32,000 nt of DNA from Candidatus Nanosynbacter lyticus (GCF_030253515.1 NZ_CP124549.1:690001-722000), one strand, 5' to 3'. Numbered from the stretch's first letter, positions 9,634 through 18,372 are shown. The notes: generated by a model from the sequence alone, not told the origin. Program-made: numbers and translations.

Positions 9634-10515
9634 TTATCTATGTACCATATCCATCGCCCGAATATGCGGCGGACGATGCGCTAGCTGAGGATGGCGGCGA
9701 GACGGCACAGCGATGTGAGCGCGGGAATGAGCAGTGACTTGCGGGTGGGTCAGCTCCTTTGGCTGCGGCGGTAATTTTGGCTGGGTTGGCAGTTGGTGCG
9801 GCTGGGATAGTGGGCGCTTGACAGTCGATTGCGTGTCGGTGCGTGGTGCATTAGCACGAGGTGCGGCCGCTGCAGGATTGAGCGGGCGAGTCGGGCTCGA
9901 AGGCTGAGATGAAAACGGTGGCTTCGTCAGCGGCGGGTGCGGCGGATGTGATGAGAGCGGCTTGACTGGCTGAGCCTTGACGGAAGAAAGTTTGTTGAGC
10001 GGGCGCTTGGCCGGGGCCGGCGCCGAAGCAGTGGGCTTGATCAGTGAAGCGCGTGATGGTGAGAGGGCGTACTTCGGCGGCTGGGGCTTGACGGACAGCT
10101 TGGTAAATGATGCACTTCGCGAGCGCTGGACACCACGCGGCGGCATAATGTCATGAAAGACTGCTGGTTTTTTAGGGTGAGGTTTAGCCGGTGGATTGAG
10201 AGCGGGAGTCTTTTGAGGAGCGGTAGAACGCGAGCGAGGTAAATGAGTAGAAGGTTGCGGCGGTACAACGCGAGACGCAGCCGAAGGACGAGCTGGCTGC
10301 GCGGCTACAGTTTGCCGCTGAATACTATGACGCCGAGCCGGAGCGGAGTGAGGAGAACGTGGCGCGGGTGATGTGGGAGATGCGGCGGGTACTGAAGTAG
10401 CCACCGGGCGCTGACGCGACACTGATGCTTCCGCGTCAACATCTGACACCTCGCCCTTACGACGGTTACCGAGCCGAGCTTTCTTGAATAGCTTCATCAA
10501 CTTCATCAGCGCCAC
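9634..10515 (-). CDS. Proline/serine/alanine-rich basic low-complexity protein (293 aa)
   Basis: Long ORF co-oriented with its neighbours. Strongly biased composition (P, S, A, R, K) with no globular motif. The short N-terminal MKLMKLFKKARL segment is the only non-repetitive part. Confidence 0.5.
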   Translation of the reverse strand: MALMKLMKLFKKARLGNRRKGEVSDVDAEASVSRQRPVATSVPAASPTSPAPRSPHSAPARRHSIQRQTVAAQPARPSAASRVVPPQPSTHLPRSRSTAPQKTPALNPPAKPHPKKPAVFHDIMPPRGVQRSRSASFTKLSVKPQPPKYALSPSRASLIKPTASAPAPAKRPLNKLSSVKAQPVKPLSSHPPHPPLTKPPFSSQPSSPTRPLNPAAAAPRANAPRTDTQSTVKRPLSQPHQLPTQPKLPPQPKELTHPQVTAHSRAHIAVPSRRHPQLAHRPPHIRAMDMVHR

Positions 10516-10649
10516 CCCATCCCCTGGGAGATGTCGATACCGAAAATGATTACGGTCAGCTGGTCGATATGACTCTCCTTCCTCTGATTGATTCTGTCAC
10601 CATTATACTGGTTATGCTCAGTGATTTCAAGCAGCCAACCGCTCAGCCA

Positions 10650-11117
10650 CTAGAGCAACTCATCCAGCACCGATTGCCAGTCCGGAAACTGCGGAGTACC
10701 GAAATGGATGTGCCGGCCAACAAACTCAGCGGCACCCCTGGCCGTCCGATCATCGATCAAGATATCACCGCGGCTCAGCTGTTTGACTGACGAAAAGATA
10801 ACTTTGCGAAAGAAAATATTTTCCTGACCATCACCGCCAAAATACTTCTTCACCCACGCTAGTTTATCACCCAACGCCGTCGGATTTTCCCATGGCGATG
10901 ACGAGAGGATGTATAGATCATACTTTTCCTTCAGCTTATCAACCGCCTCGAGGGCGCCTGGCATCGGATCCATCAATGCAAAAACACCCGGAATATTGTC
11001 ATATTCACCCGCAAATTTCTCAAGCATCTCAGACGGAACCTTCGTCAAGGCCGATGTAAAGTCCACCAGCACGCCGTCCATATCGAGATAGATAATTGGT
11101 TTCTTATTTTCGTTCAT
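10650..11117 (-). CDS. 5'(3')-deoxyribonucleotidase, NT5C/HAD family
   Basis: IIYLDMDGVLVDF (DxDxV HAD motif I), SSSPW, and a C-terminal ILIDDR...FGT pattern typical of NT5C-type nucleotidases. Start placed at MNENKKP (11117), which overlaps the upstream ORF by 14 nt. Confidence 0.7.
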   Translation of the reverse strand: MNENKKPIIYLDMDGVLVDFTSALTKVPSEMLEKFAGEYDNIPGVFALMDPMPGALEAVDKLKEKYDLYILSSSPWENPTALGDKLAWVKKYFGGDGQENIFFRKVIFSSVKQLSRGDILIDDRTARGAAEFVGRHIHFGTPQFPDWQSVLDELL

Positions 11118-11631
11118 CTTTACCTCTGCCAGTGAAAGATGAAAAATCACGATATGCTATATTTTTCTTCTTCGGTGCATAGCCTTTTCTGCGATGAACA
11201 AAACCATTCTGGCGAGCACGCTTTAAAGCTTCAAGTGTTGGAAACATGACCACTTCGCTCCATTCGTTTGGCAATTGACGCTGTAGAACGGCAAATTTAG
11301 GATTAATGTCTCTCACTACTACAGCCAGGATGGTCTTCATGCCTAAACAGCTCGCCAATGTTGTCCGATGCATCCCATCAACAAGCAGTAGGCCCTCATG
11401 CTCATATTCTTCAACGATAGGCGGAAGCATCACTCCACCCCCTTTTTTCTCATCTATGATGATTCCCCCTTTCTCCATCCGCAGTGTGTCTTCACCGGCT
11501 TCAAGAGTTACTCTACGCAACCACCATTGATTCTCTACCCCCGATCCGATTGCGTAATATTGGGTTGGTCTGAGACCACTAATTTTAACTTCCTCAACTG
11601 AAATATTGCTTATCAGCATAAGGGCGCTCAT
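11104..11631 (-). CDS. ParB/Srx-fold (ParB-like nuclease domain) protein
   Basis: ISGLRPTQ near the N-terminus and LLLVDGMHRT (a DGxHR-type motif) are characteristic of the ParB/sulfiredoxin fold. The start is uncertain: TTG at 11670, or ATG at 11631 or 11619. Confidence 0.5.
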   Translation of the reverse strand: MSALMLISNISVEEVKISGLRPTQYYAIGSGVENQWWLRRVTLEAGEDTLRMEKGGIIIDEKKGGGVMLPPIVEEYEHEGLLLVDGMHRTTLASCLGMKTILAVVVRDINPKFAVLQRQLPNEWSEVVMFPTLEALKRARQNGFVHRRKGYAPKKKNIAYRDFSSFTGRGKDERK

Positions 11632-11706
11632 TCTTATCAGCCAACGTCGAAGCCTGATGCAGGTTATCAATTAGCCATTCTTGCGACTTAAATCCTTTTA
11701 CCCTCA

Positions 11707-12669
11707 CTATTCTCTCCTCAACATTATTGTAAACGCCTCACTCGGAATATCAACCTTGCCAAAGCGCTTCATGCGTTTTTTGCCGCGAGCCTGTTTGGCG
11801 AGGAGCTTCTTTTTGCGGCTGACATCACCGCCATACAAATAGCCGGTGACGTCTTTGCGGTAGGCGCCGATGTTTTCGCGGGCAATGAACCTGCCACCAA
11901 TTGCCGCCTGCAGTGCCACCTCAAAGCTCTGGCGCGGTACCACGTCTTTGAGTTTTTTGACGATCTCACGGCCCAAGCCTGGCGCCTCCGAACGATGGCA
12001 CATCACGCTCAGCGCATCAACCATCTCACCCGCTACATAAAAATCCACCCGCACCAGGTCTTCCGGCTGGTAGCCCGCCAGCTCATAATTAAACGAACCG
12101 TAGCCGCTAGTTACCGACTTCAATTGATCATAAAAATCCGTCAGCAGATTTGCCAGCGGCGCCGTAAAAGAAATCAGCGCCCGCTCATCGATATAGCTGA
12201 GATTTTTCTGCCGGCCGCGCTTGGCGACAATCAGCTGAATCACTGCACCAATGTAATCCTGCGGCACCACAATTTCGCCGTCAATCCACGGCTCGCGAAT
12301 TTCTTTGATCTGCGCTGGGTCGGGTAGTTCACTAGCTGATTTGATATCCAGCTCCTCGCCATTAGTCAGGCTAACTTGATAATCCGTACTCGGATTGGTG
12401 ACGATGAGATCCAGATTATACTCACGCTCCAGCCGCTCGCGAATAATGTCCATATGAAGCAATCCCAAAAAACCAATCCGCACACCATAGCCTAGCACTG
12501 GCGAATTTTCCGGCTCAAACTGCAGTGCCGAATCGCTGAGACTTAGTTTTTCAATAGCCTCTTTCAGGTCATTATAATCTTCATTGCTCACCGGAAAGAA
12601 GCCCGCGTAGACGAAGGGCTTGACTTCTTTGTAGCCAGGCAACGGTTGGACGGTAATTTTTTCAGTCAT
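11707..12669 (-). CDS. lepA: Translation elongation factor 4 (LepA), C-terminal half (domains III, V and CTD), separated from its N-terminal half
   Basis: Begins MTEKITVQPLPGYKEVKPFVYAGFFPVSNEDY. Continues through GFLGLLHMDIIRERLEREYNLDL to GGDVSRKKKLLAKQARGKKRMKRFGKVDIPSEAFTIML. This is colinear with the second half of E. coli LepA. It may be a pseudogene fragment or an independently expressed half. Confidence 0.9.
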   Translation of the reverse strand: MTEKITVQPLPGYKEVKPFVYAGFFPVSNEDYNDLKEAIEKLSLSDSALQFEPENSPVLGYGVRIGFLGLLHMDIIRERLEREYNLDLIVTNPSTDYQVSLTNGEELDIKSASELPDPAQIKEIREPWIDGEIVVPQDYIGAVIQLIVAKRGRQKNLSYIDERALISFTAPLANLLTDFYDQLKSVTSGYGSFNYELAGYQPEDLVRVDFYVAGEMVDALSVMCHRSEAPGLGREIVKKLKDVVPRQSFEVALQAAIGGRFIARENIGAYRKDVTGYLYGGDVSRKKKLLAKQARGKKRMKRFGKVDIPSEAFTIMLRRE

Positions 12670-12680
12670 AACTGCCTACC

Positions 12681-12715
12681 ATTATATCAGTTGAGCGTTT
12701 AGCTGCTCAACTGAT
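12681..12715 (-). promoter_or_regulatory. Hairpin plus candidate promoter at the junction of island A and the lepA C-terminal half
   Basis: Perfect 11-bp inverted repeat ATCAGTTGAGC (12686-12696) / GCTCAACTGAT (12705-12715) with an 8-nt loop, directly after the stop of the 534-aa ORF. On the minus strand TTGAGC (12705-12710), an 18-nt spacer and TGaTATAAT (12681-12689) sit 11 nt from the lepA C-half ATG. Confidence 0.4.
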
Positions 12716-12719
12716 CGCA

Positions 12720-14324
12720 TCAACGGACTGGTCCATGTGGAGGCCTGATTATTCCTGCCCGTATAGCTCTAACATATTCGCCCAAGCTACCTGGCATACC
12801 GTGCCAAAATTCATCGTCATGTCGCTTCGACAAGACATCTGCCAAACGCTCGTCCTGATAGTGTTCAATTTGCTCGTATAGCTCACACAGTCGCCAGATG
12901 ATAAGCTGGTCGCTGTAGCTTGTTAAGCCTACATGTTTTAGGTTGTTAAACTGACCAACTAGCTGACGCATAATCTTAATGTTAGTATCTTCTGTAGACA
13001 GCAAGTCGCTCACGAACTCATTTATATCAAACTCTCCTAGCGGCGGTTTAACTAGGCTTATAAACTCAATAAATCCTGGTAGACACTTCTTCGCCCTCGC
13101 CTCTTCCGCCAACTTACTAAAATCTGCTTCGACACCCCAGTACAATTCTTCTTTCTCCATAGAATCACCGGCAACCAGCCTACCATCTCCAAACATATCA
13201 TCAAACTCACCGCCCATCTCCTTGACTAAAGGCTCCGCAAAACGCTTATATTCACGGAATAGTTCGACACCCTTCCCGTCTTTTATCAAACCATTGATGA
13301 CATCCATGCAGCTACTATCAGCACCATATCCGTAGAGGTTACGATAAATATCTAGTCGATCTATGCCATAATGCTTTTGATAGCGTTTGTCTCGTGTAAA
13401 GAATACACCCCTATCATAGAAAAATGCTTTAAGCTTCTCCGCCTGATCAATATAGCGATCAAGAATCAGTTCACCTAGTTTGTCGATAGCCAAACCCCTT
13501 TGATCGACTATAGTTTTCACGTCTTCCACAAAATTACGCTCACCCCGCACAGATTGCAGAGTGGCGATACCACCGTTTTTCCAAAAATAGCTTTCGCCAA
13601 CACTACTATCAGCCCCAAACCACAGCATCATGATGTCCCTCAGAGACAGATCCTCCCCCTTTTGCTGCTTGGCACAAATCTCGTCAATATTTTCGATTGT
13701 ATGTATGGTCTCCAATTTATCCTGACCCTTAGATAATTCACCGATTCTCTCATGCAGTACACCTGTCATACATGGCTCAACTCGACAGTCATCGCCGTCA
13801 ATCCCCAAAATCATTTTTATATCACCACCTTCACCCAGACACATCATGATACGAGGAATATTGTATCTACCGGTTGTGAATACAAGCATCTTAGTGATAT
13901 TTCTATGGCCAAAGGAGTCGTAACTTGATAGTGCAACCTTATACAAAAAGTCATAAATGGAGTCTGAGCCACCGGGGAACCAGCCGGTACATTGACCCTC
14001 AAGTAACGCCTGCACCTCCTCGGCTGTACCTTTTTGGGGCGTGGAAGAATCCTTATACTTACAAATTATTTCATACCACTTCCCTTGAGTCTCTCGACGT
14101 CGCTCTTGCCCTAGGCCTGTTCGGATCGCTACTTCCCTGCCATACAGCTCACCAAACTTAGCTGCCTCCAGTTCATCGGGACTATATTCCCGCAAAATTT
14201 CATATACCGCCTCAAGCGCCGCAGGATTTACCTCTGGCAAAAGTCTCTTGCTGCCAATTTCGCGAACATCAAATGTTTTGGTCTGCGGATTAAACCCTCC
14301 TAGTTCTGGACAAGCATCGATCAC
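12720..14324 (-). CDS. Hypothetical protein (534 aa), orphan; in frame with the upstream 258-aa ORF
   Basis: Long ORF with no motif I recognise. The only available start is GTG, with no SD. It shares a reading frame with ORF 14358-15134, separated by one TAG plus 11 sense codons. Confidence 0.55.
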   Translation of the reverse strand: MIDACPELGGFNPQTKTFDVREIGSKRLLPEVNPAALEAVYEILREYSPDELEAAKFGELYGREVAIRTGLGQERRRETQGKWYEIICKYKDSSTPQKGTAEEVQALLEGQCTGWFPGGSDSIYDFLYKVALSSYDSFGHRNITKMLVFTTGRYNIPRIMMCLGEGGDIKMILGIDGDDCRVEPCMTGVLHERIGELSKGQDKLETIHTIENIDEICAKQQKGEDLSLRDIMMLWFGADSSVGESYFWKNGGIATLQSVRGERNFVEDVKTIVDQRGLAIDKLGELILDRYIDQAEKLKAFFYDRGVFFTRDKRYQKHYGIDRLDIYRNLYGYGADSSCMDVINGLIKDGKGVELFREYKRFAEPLVKEMGGEFDDMFGDGRLVAGDSMEKEELYWGVEADFSKLAEEARAKKCLPGFIEFISLVKPPLGEFDINEFVSDLLSTEDTNIKIMRQLVGQFNNLKHVGLTSYSDQLIIWRLCELYEQIEHYQDERLADVLSKRHDDEFWHGMPGSLGEYVRAIRAGIIRPPHGPVR

Positions 14325-14357
14325 ATAGGACGAAAACCAGTCAGGATATCTGCCGGC

Positions 14358-15134
14358 CTACAGTGCTGCTTTCCATTCACCTAGACGCCCAAGCTGTGCA
14401 GCGCAAAAGTTATCGACCCGCCTAGTCCGCCCATCATGATGACTGTACCAAGCTCCATCGAGACCGAATCGTTCACTCCAACGAGGTGATGAAGATGATG
14501 ACTGACATAACTCTTCTTCACTAGGCAAACTGTTGACGATCTTACTTTCGGCCACCGGTATCGACATAATATATGAACGATACGGATATCTGTCCGGACC
14601 AGTATACCAGTTAGGTTTGGTGGTACTTTGCTGAGGCGGCAGTGGCGATTCTTCCTCCTCTGAGTCTGTTGTTTTACCTAGGATATACCGAGTTAGCAAC
14701 CTCAGCTTATATGTATCGTCAGCCGGATTTTTTGAACCGTATACATCCCCCAGGCGGCTATACCTCTTGACTAGTATCTCCAGGTTGCCATCCCGCCATT
14801 CACTACCTAGCCTAGTAAAGATATCACTTGCGAGTAGTTGCTCCAACTCCTCTGGAGTAGCATGCTCAGTCATGACGTCAAAAACTGCAAATATTCTGTC
14901 ACTTCGTTCCTGAGACTTCCAGCCCTCCTTTGGATCTTCGTACTCATTCAAAGATATACGGAGAGCTTCCGCCATTTGTCCGGCTACATCGAACGCGTCG
15001 GGTGCTTCTTCTCGAAGTTTCGCTACAACCTGACCCATCTTGTCAGCGGAAATATAGTCTTTGCGAAGCTCACCTTCTAGGGTCGGATCAAGAGTGGGTC
15101 TGTCAGGTGTCTCCCGATATTTATCAATCATCAT
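14358..15134 (-). CDS. Hypothetical protein (258 aa), orphan
   Basis: The ORF has an acidic segment (TDSEEEESP). The 46-nt intergenic region upstream consists of TTGACA (15166-15171), a 17-nt spacer, TAAAAT (15143-15148), 8 nt, then the ATG. Confidence 0.55.
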   Translation of the reverse strand: MMIDKYRETPDRPTLDPTLEGELRKDYISADKMGQVVAKLREEAPDAFDVAGQMAEALRISLNEYEDPKEGWKSQERSDRIFAVFDVMTEHATPEELEQLLASDIFTRLGSEWRDGNLEILVKRYSRLGDVYGSKNPADDTYKLRLLTRYILGKTTDSEEEESPLPPQQSTTKPNWYTGPDRYPYRSYIMSIPVAESKIVNSLPSEEELCQSSSSSPRWSERFGLDGAWYSHHDGRTRRVDNFCAAQLGRLGEWKAAL

Positions 15135-15180
15135 TGACTGGCATTTTACTACTTTCTTAATTATTTGTCAATATACTATG

Positions 15181-16884
15181 TCAGCGGGCCGCACCCTGGC
15201 GAATTTTCTTAAGCGTCTCAGCAATCTTCGCCTGTTGCTCGGGGCTGTAAAAGTAACCTATTGAGCTATTCACACCATTCGCCCTTCTGCCACGACATGC
15301 CAGTGGTTCCCCGAAGTCAGGATCAACCTCATTCAAAACCTTAATCGCCTTCTGAAACGCTGGTGATCCACAGTGCAAAGCGTTCATAAGGTCTGACGTT
15401 GCTAGATAGCCTTCGGGAGCTGGGCGCATATAGCCTCTTTTCAAGAAATAGTCACTTATAGCCTCTACTTGCTCCCGCGAAAGGCCTTCACAAATTTTTA
15501 CCCGACCCTTTTGACAAGAAAACCTATAGATTGAAGGTTGCAAGCCCAATGAGTGCATGGCATTTTTAATTGTCTTTCGACACACCCCAAAGCGCTTCAT
15601 TGCTGCACTTACCATAATACATCCCTCCGGGGGTGGAGGCGCAAACAATCCCCTGTCATGTGCTTTTTCTATGATCACCGCTTGCTGCTCTGGACTAAAA
15701 AACTCACGAACCTGAGGAGAACGATGCCATGAACCCTCGGACAGGATACCGTCTTCTTTAAGACTCCTCGCTATCTTTGCTATCGTCATATCACTTACAC
15801 CCAGAACATTGGCGAGAGCTTTGAGCGTCAGATACCCTTCTGGTGGCGGTAGATTAAACATACCTTTTTGCTTAAGTACTTCTTCTATCAATTCGGCCTG
15901 CTCTCTAGTAAAAACTGGTTTCTGCTTACCACACCAATCCCGCTTGGCTACCTCCCCCAAGCAGCCATCCCGCTCCAACCGGGTGGCAATGGTCGCAATG
16001 ACACGATACTTCACACCGAGCTTATCTGCTAGCCCATTGATCGTCAGGCCCCCCATTGCCTCAATCATTCGACGAGGGCTCAAATAATTACCTTGACGTT
16101 GCCTACCCATCTCAACTGGTTGCCGCAGATCATCTGCTAATGCCCCCACTAAGTGTGGAACAAAGTAATCATCACAACGCACCATCGCACCACAGCCCGG
16201 ATACTGTGCCATCACCTCCATAAGCTGTGTTTTCGTATATGCAGTCAGCTTTGCACGCTCTTCTTCTGGCAGCCGCGTTGTATCAAATACAAAGGTACCG
16301 TTGCCGTAGGCGTCACAAATCAGTACCGTCCGCTCGAGTGGTGGGATAGTTACCTCATGGTATGGCTCCTGGCGCATCATCACTGTCCCCACTTCCCCAC
16401 GACGAATCTGTAATGCTTCGCCGCTCGGCTCAATACCAAATTCATTTGCCAATATGAACAGCAGTATTTTCAGCCGTGGTTGGCGAGTAATCCACTCACG
16501 GTGGGGCGTCTCGGACATACCGGCGTCAGGTCCGGACCTATCATCGGGTGGCACAAAGACATTGCCAGTCGATTCAATCTGGCCAATAGCCGTATCAATA
16601 GCCATGAGCTGCTCCGCTTTGTCGGCAATATGGTCGAGCAGCCCGCCGATTTCCTCCACACCGTAGTAAGCAAACGCCGCATTCTCACTTTCAGCAGAAC
16701 TGTCTAGCCAAATCGTCAGCTGGTGCTTGTATGCCTGCACCATCTCATCAACCAGCTGGATCAATTTATCCAAGGCATCCTCAGCGTAGGTATCGACATT
16801 TTCAACCGTCAACGGTTGATTAATAATTTCCTCTACGCTGCTTGCAAAGTCCTTGCCATGATCAATACTACCGAGTCGCTCCAT
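15181..16884 (-). CDS. Hypothetical protein (567 aa) with four tandem HTH-like C-terminal modules
   Basis: The N-terminal 268 aa have no known motif. The C-terminal 300 aa are four repeats, with PEG(Y/C)(L/I) at residues 350, 421 and 492, an exact 71-aa period. Each has the form LAxxLGVSxxTIxKxxxxL ... (F/Y)SPEQQAxIxE. The ATG at 16884 is preferred over the track TTG at 16890. Confidence 0.6.
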   Translation of the reverse strand: MERLGSIDHGKDFASSVEEIINQPLTVENVDTYAEDALDKLIQLVDEMVQAYKHQLTIWLDSSAESENAAFAYYGVEEIGGLLDHIADKAEQLMAIDTAIGQIESTGNVFVPPDDRSGPDAGMSETPHREWITRQPRLKILLFILANEFGIEPSGEALQIRRGEVGTVMMRQEPYHEVTIPPLERTVLICDAYGNGTFVFDTTRLPEEERAKLTAYTKTQLMEVMAQYPGCGAMVRCDDYFVPHLVGALADDLRQPVEMGRQRQGNYLSPRRMIEAMGGLTINGLADKLGVKYRVIATIATRLERDGCLGEVAKRDWCGKQKPVFTREQAELIEEVLKQKGMFNLPPPEGYLTLKALANVLGVSDMTIAKIARSLKEDGILSEGSWHRSPQVREFFSPEQQAVIIEKAHDRGLFAPPPPEGCIMVSAAMKRFGVCRKTIKNAMHSLGLQPSIYRFSCQKGRVKICEGLSREQVEAISDYFLKRGYMRPAPEGYLATSDLMNALHCGSPAFQKAIKVLNEVDPDFGEPLACRGRRANGVNSSIGYFYSPEQQAKIAETLKKIRQGAAR

Positions 16885-16891
16885 GTGCAAT

Positions 16892-16920
16892 ATTATAGCA
16901 TTTTATACTATTATTGTAAA
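16892..16920 (-). promoter_or_regulatory. Near-consensus sigma70-type promoter for the 567-aa island ORF
   Basis: Minus strand: TTTACA (16915-16920), a 17-nt spacer, TGcTATAAT (16892-16900), then 7 nt to the ATG at 16884. This implies a leaderless or nearly leaderless mRNA. Confidence 0.55.
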
Positions 16921-17062
16921 TGATGAGCTCTTCCTCTCAATTACAACTAATCGCCTTAATCCGGTCACATATTCTTTACTAAACCCCATAACAACACACT
17001 GATGTCTTTATCAAATTGAAAATTTAGTTCTCATTGGTGGATTATCGGGTCAGTGAGGGCAC

Positions 17063-18052
17063 TCAATCCTCTATAATAACGTCCTCAACAGGTCGACGTT
17101 TGGAATAGGCCTGCTGCTTGCCATAGCCAATGCGCAGCAAAATAGTTGGATATTCCCCATCAAGATCAAGAGTTTTTGCCATTTCTGCGGCAATTTCTGG
17201 CTGCTCGTTCGGCTGATTTAGATAGGCATGAGCGATCCCAAGCTCCGTGGCAGTCAGCAAGAAACGCTGCAGCGTCCGACCCAAGTTCACCCATTCGCGC
17301 CGACTATTTTCTCTTGTCGTAAAAAGAACCAGATGAGAAGCCGATGCTATCTTTTCGCGATCAGCCTTATTCTGCGTCTTAGCATTGATAGCCATCGCCA
17401 TGATTGGCTCAGCCATCCAGCGCGGCACATTAGGCGCACCAAACACGGCATAGCTCAGCCCATCAAGTGTTTGATCTTGATGTTTTTTGTTAAATCGCAT
17501 CCAGCTTTTCAATTCAGCCTTAAACGCCTCATTTTGCATTTGATGCGTATTCCCCCGAAGAACGTATTGTTCAATATCATTAAACTGTTTAGTTTGACGC
17601 GCATAGTAATGAACCGACACTCCATCTTCACCGCGAATCGCCTGCAGTCTCTTTAGCGCATCTAGCGCGATTTCCTCGCCAGTATAAATACTACGATTGG
17701 TCTGCCGTAAATCTATCTGCTCAAACAGTGGACTGGACTTGACGTCCGCTCCTTCCGTGAGTGTAACTGCGATATCTCCCGTATCACCAACCGAAACGGT
17801 AGATTTATAGCCCTTAGTTTGCGCTGCCAAGCAGAGGTTCTCAGCCGCACAGCCCAGACTCACGAATAGCTCCCTGTTGTCAGGGTCGACTACTGGTAGC
17901 TTCCTGTCAAAATCAGGATGAATTTCCACCACTGACCCGTCGCGACGGAATTTCCAAGGCTGAATATTGTGCCCTGACGGTGCTTTGACTGCCTGCTTAA
18001 CTAGAAACTTAAAATCGTCTAATGATATAATGTTTCCTGTTTTCTTCGTCAT
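17063..18052 (-). CDS. Nitroreductase-family protein (Acg-like, two-lobed FMN-binding oxidoreductase)
   Basis: The N-terminal AVKAPSGHNIQPWKF motif is typical of nitroreductases. The 329-aa length fits the tandem-domain Acg-type subgroup. Promoter TTGACA (18116-18121), 16-nt spacer, TATACT (18094-18099) lies upstream. Confidence 0.65.
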   Translation of the reverse strand: MTKKTGNIISLDDFKFLVKQAVKAPSGHNIQPWKFRRDGSVVEIHPDFDRKLPVVDPDNRELFVSLGCAAENLCLAAQTKGYKSTVSVGDTGDIAVTLTEGADVKSSPLFEQIDLRQTNRSIYTGEEIALDALKRLQAIRGEDGVSVHYYARQTKQFNDIEQYVLRGNTHQMQNEAFKAELKSWMRFNKKHQDQTLDGLSYAVFGAPNVPRWMAEPIMAMAINAKTQNKADREKIASASHLVLFTTRENSRREWVNLGRTLQRFLLTATELGIAHAYLNQPNEQPEIAAEMAKTLDLDGEYPTILLRIGYGKQQAYSKRRPVEDVIIED

Positions 18053-18372
18053 AATCTTCTCAAATACCCTCTCATATTGTTACTGTTGAACCCAGTATAC
18101 TTACCAAAAAAATGGTGTCAAATAAAAGCCCCTATGACCAAGATACTCTCTACTATCCGCACTGCCAAGGCTCAGCGCTTTGAAAACCTTATCAGCACCG
18201 GGGGAAACAAAAACCCCCCGTCCGAAGCTAGCAACGACGAGGGGAGAAAAGCCAAGGATCACCGCCGTATACCGGTTCATCTTTGTCCTGGCTATCTTAC
18301 ACCGGCCCCGTGACCTGTATATTCTGCTATAGTTTGCTGGATTTGCGTGTGTCGTACTTGACTTCACCATTG

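Noticed and set aside
14358-14360. TAG reassignment (an alternative genetic code) as the explanation for the in-frame TAG.
   Set aside because: TAG terminates well-supported host genes in this window (the lepA C-half at 11707 and the LssY_C gene at 7461). TGA and TAA also act as stops. A local nonsense mutation or readthrough is more parsimonious than a recoded genome.
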